DNA of 64,000 nucleotides from positions 684 to 64,683 of the forward strand of contig CAZEDL010000001.1 of assembly GCA_964510885.1 (NCBI GenBank). Direction: 5' to 3'. Every line of letters starts with the position of its first letter. Position 1 is the first letter of the stretch. The DNA is from an uncultured Gammaproteobacteria bacterium. Its GTDB lineage: Bacteria > Patescibacteriota > Patescibacteriia > Magasanikbacterales > GWA2-37-8. Below, piece by piece: positions 28,758 to 38,536 of this stretch. Both the position numbers and the translations under genes were made by a program. Under the pieces are notes generated by a model that was not told the origin of the DNA, made no database searches, and was given only the letters and a program-made list of their open reading frames with translations.

Positions 28758-28856
28758 AAGCTGTTTTTAATTCTGCCGCTCTGGCGGCTAGACTCGAACT
28801 TCTCTTGTCAGTGTCATGTATGTGGCCCTAGAAGAATCGGGTCACTAAGTATCTAT

Positions 28857-30128
28857 ATGACACAACCAACATCCGCCTCGCTTGGCACGTTTGCTGAGCT
28901 CGGCGTGGCTCCTAAATTATTGCAGATTTTAACGGCTGCAGGCTTCAACACCCCAACGCCAATTCAGCATAAATCCATCCCGATCGCCATTACCGGCAAA
29001 GACGTGGTGGGTATTGCGCAAACTGGTACCGGCAAGACTTTGGCCTTTGGTATTCCCATGATTCAGCGCTTGGCCGCCGTAAAAGGCCAAGGCTTAATTT
29101 TATTGCCGACGCGCGAACTGGCTCTTCAGGTAGATGAAACCTTTCAAAAGATCGGTCGTCAGATTGGCCTGCGCACCGCCGTACTTATTGGTGGTGCTCC
29201 TATGGGTCGGCAAATTCAAACCCTACGCCAGGGTGCCCATGTTATTATCGCCACCCCTGGCCGGTTAGTAGATTTTTTAGAGCAAAAAATGCTACGGCTT
29301 GATCAGATAAGCACCGTGGTGCTCGATGAAGCTGATCGTATGTTTGATATTGGTTTTGCCCCACAAATCAAACGAATCTTAAAGCTCGTTCCGACCGAAC
29401 GCCAAACCATGTTGTTTTCTGCCACCATGCCGCCGCCGATCGCAGCCATGGCCAGTGAATTTATGAAATTGCCGCTTCGTATCGAAGTAGCTCCGGCTGG
29501 CACCTCTTCAGAAAAAGTTGAGCAAGAAATTTTCATGGTTGCAAAAGAGCTTAAATTGCAACTCCTAGATAAAGTACTGACCGAGTATCAAGGGAGTGTG
29601 CTGGTTTTTTCTCGTACCAAATTCGCCGCCAAACGTATCGCGGCAGCTATTCGCCACTTCGGCCACACCGCCAGTGAAATTCATTCCAATCGTTCGCTCG
29701 CGCAGCGCAAAGAGGCGTTGTCTGGCTTCAAATCCGGTAAGTATCGGGTCTTAGTAGCTACGGATATTGCTGCTCGCGGCATCGATGTCACTGGCATCGA
29801 ACTCGTTATCAATTATGACCTGCCAGATAATTCCGAAGATTACGTACACCGCATCGGCCGTACTGGCCGCGCTGGCCGACCGGGCAAGGCGATGTCGTTT
29901 GCCACGCCCGATCAGCGTAATGATATCCGCGCTATCGAACGCTTAATCAGAAAGGCCATCCCGGTGAGCGCACTTCCAGCCCTGCCACCAGCGCGCAAAA
30001 CTCCAGCTCCGGTGCGACCCGCTGCGAGCCCTGAAGCGCACGGTGGCCGTCAACACTCTGCATCAGCTGCCCCCCGAGGCCAGTTTCACCCGCGCCAGCG
30101 CTCTCGCGGCGGACGGCGCCGGTTCTAA
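28857..30128 (+). CDS. DEAD-box ATP-dependent RNA helicase (RhlE-like)
   Basis: Q motif, AQTGTGKT, PTRELA, TPGR, DEAD, SAT, ARGID, HRIGRTGR; Arg/Gly-rich tail. Confidence 0.97.
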   Translation: MTQPTSASLGTFAELGVAPKLLQILTAAGFNTPTPIQHKSIPIAITGKDVVGIAQTGTGKTLAFGIPMIQRLAAVKGQGLILLPTRELALQVDETFQKIGRQIGLRTAVLIGGAPMGRQIQTLRQGAHVIIATPGRLVDFLEQKMLRLDQISTVVLDEADRMFDIGFAPQIKRILKLVPTERQTMLFSATMPPPIAAMASEFMKLPLRIEVAPAGTSSEKVEQEIFMVAKELKLQLLDKVLTEYQGSVLVFSRTKFAAKRIAAAIRHFGHTASEIHSNRSLAQRKEALSGFKSGKYRVLVATDIAARGIDVTGIELVINYDLPDNSEDYVHRIGRTGRAGRPGKAMSFATPDQRNDIRAIERLIRKAIPVSALPALPPARKTPAPVRPAASPEAHGGRQHSASAAPRGQFHPRQRSRGGRRRF

Positions 30129-30178
30129 AAATTACTAATCTTTGTTAAAATAGATTCGTCCTAAGCGGATCTATTTTT

Positions 30179-31288
30179 ATGCTTATTCCAATTTTTAATG
30201 CCGGTGTTCAAAACTATCTATTTTTGGCTGTAGCGGCAATAGCCATTGCGGCAACCGTGCGCCGTAAAACCGAGCCAGATAAATTCTCAGTGGCAGTTAC
30301 TACCGAACTCAAGGGCGTCGCTATTTTATTGGTGGTTCTCTCTCATATTGGTTATTTTTTAGTAACTGACCATACGTTTTTGGCACCACTCTCCAATTAT
30401 GCCGGTGTCGGTGTCGATCTATTCTTGATCTTGTCGGGTTACGGGATTATGACTTCTGCCCTTCGCCACCCGCTCACGATTCAAGAGTTTTATAAAAAAC
30501 GACTCGGTAAAATCTGGCTCCCGGTGGCAGTGACCGTCCTGTTGTTTGTAGCCACTGAATACCTATTTCTCAATCGCATCTATCCGCTGCTGTTAACCGT
30601 TAAAAATCTACTGGGTTTTTTCCCATCGGCCGATCTCTATAACGATCTAAATTCGCCGCTCTGGTTCATTACACCGCTCCTGGTTCAATATATTCTTTTT
30701 CCCGTACTCTATTGGCGCCGCGTCCCCTGGCTTGCCCCCATTGTCCTCGCCGCCGGCAGTTTTATCGTGATGAACCAAGATCTCACGGCCCTAGTAGGGA
30801 TCACGCCCGGAGTCTACCATTTGTACAAATTACATTTTTTAGGGTTTTCAGCGGGGTTACTGCTAGCCTGCATAGCTCACTATGCCGCCCCGTTTCTCAG
30901 TTACCTACGATCACTCGGTTCGAATCACCCTCGCATCATCCGTCTGTGTCTGCTGCTACTTATTGGCCTGCCATTATTTTTTCTACTTACCTCCGGAGCG
31001 GTAGGCCGAGAGCCTCTGGTTGAACAGGCAGTGAGCTTGGTCACTGCGCTTTTGATCATTTTATTGTTTGTAATAAAAAAGACCGAAGCCAAGGTGCTCA
31101 CCCTGTTCGGTCAATATTCATTTGAAATTTATCTTTTGCACTGGCCGTTATTATACCGCTATCAAAGTCTGTATGAATTCCTACCGGCGGCAGCGGCTAC
31201 ACTTTTATATCTCAGTATTTTTATAACACTCGGATGGTTGTACCAAAAAGCTCTTACTGTTTCTCGGTCACGGAAGGTGTCGAGTTAG
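30179..31288 (+). CDS. acyltransferase family 3 (OafA-like) membrane protein
   Basis: LKGVAILLVVLSH, GVDLFLILSGYG, FYKKR, LWFI, SFEIYLLHWP. Confidence 0.88.
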   Translation: MLIPIFNAGVQNYLFLAVAAIAIAATVRRKTEPDKFSVAVTTELKGVAILLVVLSHIGYFLVTDHTFLAPLSNYAGVGVDLFLILSGYGIMTSALRHPLTIQEFYKKRLGKIWLPVAVTVLLFVATEYLFLNRIYPLLLTVKNLLGFFPSADLYNDLNSPLWFITPLLVQYILFPVLYWRRVPWLAPIVLAAGSFIVMNQDLTALVGITPGVYHLYKLHFLGFSAGLLLACIAHYAAPFLSYLRSLGSNHPRIIRLCLLLLIGLPLFFLLTSGAVGREPLVEQAVSLVTALLIILLFVIKKTEAKVLTLFGQYSFEIYLLHWPLLYRYQSLYEFLPAAAATLLYLSIFITLGWLYQKALTVSRSRKVSS

Positions 31289-31919
31289 CCCCTTCTAGGG
31301 CTGGGTTATTTTTACCACTGCTCCATTGCTGAAAAATATGCCAGGCCGGAGGCGCTACCGACACAAAGACAATGCCGAGAATAATATAGGATAAATAATG
31401 CTCCAAATTAGGAATCACACTTCCTAAAAAATAAGCCAGGAGCGGCAGACAGATTCCCCACACAAACCCGCCGATCACGTTATAGGTTAAAAATTGGCGA
31501 TAAGGCATTTTGCCAACTCCGGCCATAATCGGAGCAAAGGTGCGTACTACCGGCATAAAACGTGCCAAGACCAAGGTCTTGCCGCCATGTTTGTCGTAGA
31601 ATGCCTGTGTCCGGTCAACATTCCGGTGATCAAATACCAGCGAGTTTGGCCGAGAGAAAATTTTTGGCCCGAGCTTCCGGCCAATCCAGTAGCCGGCACT
31701 GTCACCACCCACCGCTGCGATGAAAATAATTAGGCATAGCAGCCGAATATCCAAATAATTTTGTGAGGCCAGAAAGCCGGCGGTAAATAGCAAACTGTCG
31801 CCTGGCAGCACCGCTCCAATTAATAATCCAGATTCGGCAAAGACAATGGCAAAAATACCAAAATAACTAGCTGATTTGATAAAGGTGATCAGGTCAATAT
31901 GAAAAAGGTGTTCCAGCAT
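31254..31919 (-). CDS. DedA family membrane protein
   Basis: FAESGLLIGAVLPGDSLLFTAG, GDSAGYWIGR, ARFMPVVRTFAP. Confidence 0.95.
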   Translation of the reverse strand: MLEHLFHIDLITFIKSASYFGIFAIVFAESGLLIGAVLPGDSLLFTAGFLASQNYLDIRLLCLIIFIAAVGGDSAGYWIGRKLGPKIFSRPNSLVFDHRNVDRTQAFYDKHGGKTLVLARFMPVVRTFAPIMAGVGKMPYRQFLTYNVIGGFVWGICLPLLAYFLGSVIPNLEHYLSYIILGIVFVSVAPPAWHIFQQWSSGKNNPALEGANSTPSVTEKQ

Positions 31920-31936
31920 AACTGTAATATAAAAAA

Positions 31937-32563
31937 TTAACTATTGTTGCCGATACTGCGCGGAATAAAATAATATATCGGCAGGAAAAAAAAGATAACG
32001 AGCGAAATATAGGGATGAATAAAGGCGGTGGCTACCGACAGGCCATAGCCAATTACCGCCACTACCGAGCGCCTGAACTCTTGGCGCCGTATGGTGAGTG
32101 ACGCGGTGCCATAGGTCAAGTTTCCGGTAAAAAAGACATGATAAATCATCAGCGAAAAAGCTGCGGCCCCGAGCATCAGTACGAGTCCGTATAAAGCCAC
32201 CACCAGCGGCTGAGTGGGGTACTCGCCAATAAATTCAGTCACAAACGGAATCATGGCCAGCCAGAATAGCAGATGATTATTGTACCAAAGCAGTGCCCGG
32301 TCAGAATGCTTGATGCCGTGCATGAAATGGTGGTGGTTGACCCAAAAGATACACACTGTCACAAAACTGACCAAAAACCCGAGTAGTTTGGGAGCTAGTT
32401 GCACCAAAGCGCTAATTACTGCTTCATTTGACCAATTCGGCAGCACCGGCAGCTTGATCTCAAAGATCATCAGGGTCACAATGATTGCGATAACGCCATC
32501 GCTAAACGCTTCGATTCGGGTGGTAGCTGGGTTATCGTCAGATTTTATAGGGAGTAATTTCAT
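31937..32563 (-). CDS. TMEM175 family potassium channel (DUF1211)
   Basis: RIEAFSDGVIAIIVTLM signature, FWVNHH, PFVT. Confidence 0.93.
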   Translation of the reverse strand: MKLLPIKSDDNPATTRIEAFSDGVIAIIVTLMIFEIKLPVLPNWSNEAVISALVQLAPKLLGFLVSFVTVCIFWVNHHHFMHGIKHSDRALLWYNNHLLFWLAMIPFVTEFIGEYPTQPLVVALYGLVLMLGAAAFSLMIYHVFFTGNLTYGTASLTIRRQEFRRSVVAVIGYGLSVATAFIHPYISLVIFFFLPIYYFIPRSIGNNS

Positions 32564-32658
32564 ACTAAAAAGTAATGTATATACTACCTTAAAAGCAGTC
32601 TAGTTTCAATTAGTTTTCTCTTGCCGAGTTCTAAAAAAATCAGTATTCTACCGGCGTT

Positions 32659-33159
32659 ATGCAAGTACCCTATCGAAAACCTGGAAAATTCAGTAGCCTG
32701 AAGCCTGATCCGTTGTTAACTGAAGCTAAATTAACCGAGCTTACCCACCAACTGGCTCGCCTCAAAGAGGTGTCCCGCCCAGCTGCCGCGAGCGAAGTAA
32801 AACGCCTGGCTGAACTCGGTGATTTTTCCGAAAACGCCGAGTATCAATTGGCCAAAGGCCGTTTGCGGGGAATTAACAGCCGCATTATCAGCCTCGAAAG
32901 TCAGATCAATCATGCGCACATTATTCCTACTGCCACTTCAAATGATGTCGTGCAAATCGGTCACACCGTCACGGTCCGTCGTGACGGTAAAGATCTTAGA
33001 TATCGTATCCTTGGTTCATCCGAAACCAAGCCAGGCGCTGGTGTTATTTCCCACACCTCGCCAGTCGGAGCCGCCTTACTTGGTCGCGGAGTGGGGGAGG
33101 TGGTCGAGGTGTGTTTGGCCGATAAAACAGTGAACTACGAAATCATTGCTATTGGGTAA
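32659..33159 (+). CDS. greA: GreA/GreB family transcription elongation factor
   Basis: GDFSENAEYQLAK, ISHTSPVGAALLG. Confidence 0.9.
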   Translation: MQVPYRKPGKFSSLKPDPLLTEAKLTELTHQLARLKEVSRPAAASEVKRLAELGDFSENAEYQLAKGRLRGINSRIISLESQINHAHIIPTATSNDVVQIGHTVTVRRDGKDLRYRILGSSETKPGAGVISHTSPVGAALLGRGVGEVVEVCLADKTVNYEIIAIG

Positions 33160-33187
33160 GGAGTGCTTACCACTGCAAATTTTGTAG

Positions 33188-34192
33188 TTACGATGCTTTT
33201 ATATCTGCCAGTGCCTGTTGGAAGATTTCAATGTTTGCCTTTAATTTATGATTAGACACGGTTCCAGCAAAATGAGCCGCTTGCTCGCCAAGTGAAGTAA
33301 TAAGCTCGTCAAATAATCTGTCTTCAACTGATGAAAGAGTATCACTGGTATCTTTTGGCAGTGCTGCCAAGAGTTCTAATAGATCTTTTTTCTTCAAAGC
33401 AGCTACAAAAATAGGAATATTCTCCACTTGTCCCAGTCGAAGCCGTTCTTCTCCACCCTGCTGCTCAATCTCAAAACCGTAGGTTAGCGTGGCTCCGCCT
33501 CGGTCCATTATTTGTTTTTGTTTACGCGATTTCTTTTCTCGGGTTTCATCTGTTTTAGAAGTTCCACCTACCCCGCGCGTAGCTTCTTCGTGGACGGTGT
33601 ATTCGTCGATCGAACATAAGCGGGCCTTTGTGACGGTATCAAAAATATATCCGTCTGAGCTGTGTACAAGATCATCGATCTCTGACGACCTAACTACAAT
33701 ATAACGGTCCCCTAATTTTTTTTGGAGCAAAGCAGTTACCGCCATTTCACATACATTCGACAGACTATCTTTGCGTCGTTCCACACAAAAATTAAGCAAT
33801 TCAGCGTCATTTTCTGGTTCCCGATCACTATGAGCATCTCTAAAAGCTTGGGCTTGGAAGCGCTGTATCTCAGGGTTTCCAAGCAAATTTTGCTGCTGAA
33901 TTTCTTGAACTTTTTTAATATCATCAGCTACCGGAAGTCCAGCCGGCTCAAACGCGGTCATATCAAGCCTGCCGTCATCTCCAACTATTCGCGGGCCGCC
34001 AAGCTCCATAAAACGTTGGTTTGCTTCCTCGGCCATGCGTGCCATTGTAGCTTCGAGCCTCTGCCTGCCCTCTCGAATAATAGAAAATTCTGATCGAAGT
34101 TTTTCGGTTTTTTTAAATTGACCGAGATCAATACGGCGACCGGTTGGTCCGAGCCCTTCTGCAGAATGTTTACTTGGTGGTTTTTCTGTCAT
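33188..34192 (-). CDS. hypothetical protein, possible PD-(D/E)xK-like fold
   Basis: 334-aa ORF; E...VVRSSEIDD..SD.YI.D...SID pattern. Confidence 0.6.
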   Translation of the reverse strand: MTEKPPSKHSAEGLGPTGRRIDLGQFKKTEKLRSEFSIIREGRQRLEATMARMAEEANQRFMELGGPRIVGDDGRLDMTAFEPAGLPVADDIKKVQEIQQQNLLGNPEIQRFQAQAFRDAHSDREPENDAELLNFCVERRKDSLSNVCEMAVTALLQKKLGDRYIVVRSSEIDDLVHSSDGYIFDTVTKARLCSIDEYTVHEEATRGVGGTSKTDETREKKSRKQKQIMDRGGATLTYGFEIEQQGGEERLRLGQVENIPIFVAALKKKDLLELLAALPKDTSDTLSSVEDRLFDELITSLGEQAAHFAGTVSNHKLKANIEIFQQALADIKAS

Positions 34193-34205
34193 AGAAACTA
34201 TAAAA

Positions 34206-34916
34206 TTATATATAACGAGTCGGGTCAGCTACCCCGCTATCATTAAATCCTTTTTGGCGCAGTAAACACGAATCGCAGTGCCCGCAGGCTCGCCCCGTTG
34301 TATCCGGGTCATAACAACTCAGTGTCAGGGAGTAGTCAACTCCAAGGGCAGTTCCTCGCTTTATAATTTCTGCTTTGGTAAGGGTAATAAGCGGTGTATG
34401 AATTTTTAGCGGCCGCTCTCCCTGTACCCCGGCCCGGGTAGCCAAATTTGCCATGGTTTCGTACGCTGCAATATACTCGGGTCGACAATCTGGGTAGCCG
34501 CTATAATCAAGCGCATTTACCCCAATAAAAATATCGCTCGCTCCAATTACTTCGGCATATGCCAAAGCCAGCGACAGAAAAATTGTGTTGCGAGCTGGTA
34601 CATAGGTAATCGGAATTTCACTTTCGCTTCGAGTAGATAACTCATCTTTAGGTACGCTAATATCACTTGTCAAAGCCGAGCCGCCAAATACTCTCAGGTC
34701 AATCGGCACTATCACGTGCCGCGTTACCGCTAGGGCCCCCGCTACTCGGGCAGCAGCATGTAATTCAACCTTATGGCGTTGACCATAATCAAAGCTAAGG
34801 GCGTACAGTTCGAAGCCTTCGTCTCTAGCAATCGCTGCAACAGTCGTTGAATCAAGGCCGCCACTCAGTAACACCACGGCCTTCGGATGAGTAGTCGCTA
34901 GGGTAGGGGAGGTCAT
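34206..34916 (-). CDS. queC: 7-cyano-7-deazaguanine synthase QueC
   Basis: [33 protein letters not shown]...CGHCDSC; start overlaps the upstream gene (ATGA at 34913-34916). Confidence 0.96.
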   Translation of the reverse strand: MTSPTLATTHPKAVVLLSGGLDSTTVAAIARDEGFELYALSFDYGQRHKVELHAAARVAGALAVTRHVIVPIDLRVFGGSALTSDISVPKDELSTRSESEIPITYVPARNTIFLSLALAYAEVIGASDIFIGVNALDYSGYPDCRPEYIAAYETMANLATRAGVQGERPLKIHTPLITLTKAEIIKRGTALGVDYSLTLSCYDPDTTGRACGHCDSCLLRQKGFNDSGVADPTRYI

Positions 34917-35164
34917 TTTTTCTCTACCACAATCGTACACTTGGCCACCAGCGCAGCCAGCGCCCCCACTGCTGCCAAAACCGGTGCTATTAAGGCTCCA
35001 ATCGCCCCGATAGTTACCGGAAACTCTAACAATACATCGTTTTTTTCATTCTTTATAATAATTTTTCGGGCGTTACCTTCTTTGATCAGTTCTTTAATTT
35101 TGCCAACTATCTGATCTCCCGATATGGTAAACTCTTCTTTTTTTGGGTCTTGACCATCTTCCAT
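34913..35164 (-). CDS. DUF4342 domain protein
   Basis: [17 protein letters not shown]...LEFPVT...[21 protein letters not shown]. Confidence 0.85.
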   Translation of the reverse strand: MEDGQDPKKEEFTISGDQIVGKIKELIKEGNARKIIIKNEKNDVLLEFPVTIGAIGALIAPVLAAVGALAALVAKCTIVVEKK

Positions 35165-35174
35165 ATAGTTTAGA

Positions 35175-35777
35175 TTAATCAGCTAATAATTTTTGATAGG
35201 CCGGCCGAGCCATGACCTGCTCCATCCAGGCTCTAATATGCGGGTATGCCCCGAGATCATAATTAACAAACGCCGCACTCTTTACTACCGATATCCCCGT
35301 CAAATCAGCCAAGGTGAAGCGTTCAAGCACCATATATTCTTTATTTGATAGATGATCTTCAAGAACCTTCAAATAACGCGGTAATAATTCCTCGTGTGAA
35401 CGTTTGGTCGCTTCCGAATCAGGAAGTTTACGATACACTTGCATCACCAGCGGGTGGAATGCTTCATACAAATGAATCAAAAACCAGAAATTCCACTGAT
35501 TAACCTGTGCGTGCTCTTGCGCGGTGGTGCCAACCAGCCATACTCCCTCATATTTTTCCAGTAAGTAATAATTGATGGCCATCGATTCCCAGAGCACAAA
35601 CCCATCGTCCACCAGTGTCGGAATTTTTCCATTCGGATTAAGTTTTAAATACTCTGGCGTCTTGTTCTCTCCTTTAGCCATGTCGAGAATTTTGACTTCA
35701 TACGGCACCCCGAGTTCTTCCATTAGCCAAATACAACGAAACGCGCTCGATCGTTTAGATCCGTAAATAGTGATCAT
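35175..35777 (-). CDS. glutathione S-transferase family protein
   Basis: LNPNGKIPTLVD, LWESMAI, FTLADL, YPHIRAW. Confidence 0.94.
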   Translation of the reverse strand: MITIYGSKRSSAFRCIWLMEELGVPYEVKILDMAKGENKTPEYLKLNPNGKIPTLVDDGFVLWESMAINYYLLEKYEGVWLVGTTAQEHAQVNQWNFWFLIHLYEAFHPLVMQVYRKLPDSEATKRSHEELLPRYLKVLEDHLSNKEYMVLERFTLADLTGISVVKSAAFVNYDLGAYPHIRAWMEQVMARPAYQKLLAD

Positions 35778-35797
35778 ACAAATTTTCTGAAAACTAG

Positions 35798-36574
35798 TTA
35801 ATTAATTTCGTAACGCAAGGTAACATTCACTACTACATCTTCCGAGCCGGCTGCAATAGTCGGTGCCGGGGCCACTGCCTTGGCTTCGTTCATCATAGCG
35901 CCTCCATAACTATCGCGGGCATAATAAGGGATCGGGCTGCTCCCGCCTTCTTCAATCGATAATAAGCGGCCGAGAGTAAAGCCGCCGGCTGTGGCAATTG
36001 CCTGAGCTTTGGCCTTAGCATCTTCAATCGCTTCGCCCCTGGCTTCATTCTGGATTTTTTTCGGATCATCAATCGTAAAGCGCAGATCAGATACGCTATT
36101 AACTCCGAGCTGAGCAACCCCCGACATGATCGTGCCAATTTTATTAAAGTCTCTCATTTTTAAGCCCACCTGTTGGCTTACGGTGTAGCCCACAATCCGT
36201 GGTGGCGGGCAGACGCCATTATTTTGGCAACCGCTATATTCGGTGCGGGGCTGCACGCTGTATTGTTGGGTCTTTATATCTTTTTCTTCGACCCCATTTT
36301 TTTTCAAGAAATCTATAGCGGCGTTCATTTTTTGGGTATTATTTTTTTGTAGATCCGTGATGTTCGTGCCGCCCTCAGTGATTACGCCAAAGCTAAATTC
36401 GCCTACATCAGGCACAGACACCACTTTGCCTTCACCGCTAGCCGAGAAACTGCGAAACGAGGTGGGTTCGATTGAGGTGCTGTAGGCTCTGACATATTGA
36501 TGTAAAATTCCTACCGTCATTAATACGGCAATAATTCCCACGATTCCCCAAGCATTTTTTATTTTTTCATTCAT
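35798..36574 (-). CDS. SIMPL (DUF541) domain protein
   Basis: GEGKVVSVPD, DIKTQQYSVQP, EAIEDAKAKA, LGRLLSIEE, VNVTLRYEI. Confidence 0.92.
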   Translation of the reverse strand: MNEKIKNAWGIVGIIAVLMTVGILHQYVRAYSTSIEPTSFRSFSASGEGKVVSVPDVGEFSFGVITEGGTNITDLQKNNTQKMNAAIDFLKKNGVEEKDIKTQQYSVQPRTEYSGCQNNGVCPPPRIVGYTVSQQVGLKMRDFNKIGTIMSGVAQLGVNSVSDLRFTIDDPKKIQNEARGEAIEDAKAKAQAIATAGGFTLGRLLSIEEGGSSPIPYYARDSYGGAMMNEAKAVAPAPTIAAGSEDVVVNVTLRYEIN

Positions 36575-36580
36575 ATAGTA

Positions 36581-36835
36581 CTAATTAGTTAATCGATTAG
36601 TTAAATTGCCCGACTGGGCTAAGGTATATAATTCATCGTAACCACCAATAAATTCATCGCCAATCAAAATCATTGGTACTGTGTGCCAGTTATATTTGTC
36701 GATTAATTCATCTCGCAGGTCCGGATTGCTGGCCAGATCTACTTCGGTATACTCAATCTTCATCTCGCTGAGGAGCTGTTTGGCTCGCCGGCAATATGCG
36801 CAACCAGGGGTAGAATAAATAGTGACAGGAAGCAT
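36581..36835 (-). CDS. glutaredoxin (GrxC-like)
   Basis: CAYC active site, TVPMI, IGGYDEL. Confidence 0.93.
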   Translation of the reverse strand: MLPVTIYSTPGCAYCRRAKQLLSEMKIEYTEVDLASNPDLRDELIDKYNWHTVPMILIGDEFIGGYDELYTLAQSGNLTNRLTN

Positions 36836-36881
36836 AGAAAATAATCTTATATCTTACTGCTAAATATACTACTCCCTCTGT

Positions 36882-37589
36882 CTATTTTGACAACCCGGCG
36901 CTAGTATTTTTTAATTTCTGCCAAAAATAGCGCCCGACCGTAATACCGACCACACTGCCAAAGAGCGCGCCCGCTACAAATTCCGATAGCCAGTGAATAC
37001 TCATGGAAATACCAAGTCCGATGTAAAAAGCGTAGATGAGTACCAGGATACGCAGAGCCTTTTTTTCAGGGAACAATACATACAAAGTTGTGGCCAGTGC
37101 AAAAGCCACCGTGGTATGCGATGACGGCCAACCCCAAAACACGCCTCCGCGCATAAAACCGAATTGAAAACCATGGCTAATATCTGTCAGGGCTCCGTCC
37201 GAAGTAATAATCGGGGGGATGCGCCCGGTAAAGGCCTTATACGTAAAAGAGAATAATAATCCGAGCGCTGCCGCCTGCCCGGCTGCTGCCGCAACTATAA
37301 GAGTACGCTGATTTTTTCTGATCACCGCCACGATCCATAGAATGATAGGTAGTAAAATAGGTAGAAAAAACCCTAGGATCACTGCCGGGAATAGTAATTT
37401 TTGTAATAGCGTACTATTAAAAAAGATAAAGTATTGCCAATCTAACCCTGAGTATACCAAGAGAGCAGTTGCGCCAATGGCTATCAGTTGTATCAATAAA
37501 AAATAGCCTTTGAAAAAAGTAGCAATAGTCTGTGGTAATCCTGAAAAAAATGGGGGATACCAGGGTAGTTTAGAAAAGTGTCCAGTCAT
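36882..37589 (-). CDS. PAP2 family membrane phosphatase
   Basis: K...GRIPP, WPSSHT, SIHWLSE motifs; TM helices. Confidence 0.85.
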   Translation of the reverse strand: MTGHFSKLPWYPPFFSGLPQTIATFFKGYFLLIQLIAIGATALLVYSGLDWQYFIFFNSTLLQKLLFPAVILGFFLPILLPIILWIVAVIRKNQRTLIVAAAAGQAAALGLLFSFTYKAFTGRIPPIITSDGALTDISHGFQFGFMRGGVFWGWPSSHTTVAFALATTLYVLFPEKKALRILVLIYAFYIGLGISMSIHWLSEFVAGALFGSVVGITVGRYFWQKLKNTSAGLSK

Positions 37590-37676
37590 AGGGTAAAAGT
37601 AACTCTAGTAGCCTCCATTTTATCACAGATATTTAAAAGCACTAACCACATGTATTCATTCGGGAATTACCCACTT

Positions 37677-37763
37677 TGTCATCCTGAGTAAAACGAAGGA
37701 TCTCTGTCTTAATTATTTACATAATCACCGGACAGAGATTCTTCGCTACCGCTCAGAATGACA
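37677..37763. repeat. palindromic element TGTCATCCTGAG...GAAGGATCTC / GAGATTCTTCG...CTCAGAATGACA
   Basis: Long imperfect inverted repeat with TGTCAT/ATGACA ends; same family as 55085-55192. Confidence 0.8.
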
Positions 37764-37787
37764 AATTGATTTTAGAATGGTCTGTGA

Positions 37788-37837
37788 CTAGATTCCCGCC
37801 GGAGTTTACCCCCATCTTAGGCGGGGCGGGAATGACA
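37788..37837. repeat. half-element of the ATTCCCGC...GCGGGAATGACA family
   Basis: CTAGATTCCCGCC...GGCGGGAATGACA, like the right arm at 15951-15977. Confidence 0.7.
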
Positions 37838-37884
37838 GAAAGAAACGTTTCAGACTTTCATTCACCAAATTCACTAACCCCCAG

Positions 37885-37914
37885 TTGACATAGTGAACAC
37901 TTGTTCACTATACT
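37885..37914 (+). promoter_or_regulatory. lexA promoter with a palindromic SOS-type operator between -35 and -10
   Basis: TTGACA(37885), palindrome TAGTGAACACTTGTTCACTA (37891-37910, GAAC-N4-GTTC core), TATACT(37909). Confidence 0.85.
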
Positions 37915-37957
37915 ATATACACTACTATGTAATGTAAACTTTAGCTCTAGTAATAAT

Positions 37958-38536
37958 ATGCCCACCCCGGCCCACCTAAACGCCATCATGCAATTTTATC
38001 GCCGCCATAAACGCTTACCATCATATCGTGAAATGTTGCCGCTGACTGGTTTTAAATCCACCAATGCCGTCTTCAGGCTGGTCGAAAAATATATTGCGGC
38101 TGGTTGGCTACACCGGGATAGTGCTGGCAAACTCTCTCCGGGTCGCCGGTTTCTTGGGGTGCCGCTGCTTGGTTCGGTTGCTGCCGGTTGGCCGTCGCCC
38201 GCCGAAGAAGAGTTGGTGGATACCATGACTCTTGATGAATGGTTGATTGGCAATCGCCAGGCCACCTTTATGCTCAAAGTCTCAGGTGATTCCATGATCG
38301 ATGCTGGCATTAAGCCTGGAGACACCATTTTGGTGGAGCGCGGCCGCACTCCCAAAAATGGCGATATTGTGGTGGCGGAAGTTGATAATCAGTGGACGCT
38401 CAAATATTTTCAAAAACACCGTGAACAAGTGGTACTCGTGCCCGCTAACAAAAAATATCACCCCATTATTCCTAAACAAGAATTGAATATTGCCGCCGTA
38501 GTTACCGCCGTGATCCGCAAATATCACATGGTATGA
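37958..38536 (+). CDS. lexA: LexA/UmuD-family S24 repressor-peptidase
   Basis: N-terminal wHTH (PSYREM..TGFKSTNAV), Ala-Gly site (VAAGWP), catalytic Ser (GDSM) and Lys (TLKY); ATG at 37958. Confidence 0.85.
   Translation: MPTPAHLNAIMQFYRRHKRLPSYREMLPLTGFKSTNAVFRLVEKYIAAGWLHRDSAGKLSPGRRFLGVPLLGSVAAGWPSPAEEELVDTMTLDEWLIGNRQATFMLKVSGDSMIDAGIKPGDTILVERGRTPKNGDIVVAEVDNQWTLKYFQKHREQVVLVPANKKYHPIIPKQELNIAAVVTAVIRKYHMV

Noticed and set aside
37912-37940. dif-like site (TAATGTAAACT resembles the Bacillus dif right arm)
   Set aside because: No matching left arm; it lies in the lexA leader, about 9 kb from the apparent skew switch.
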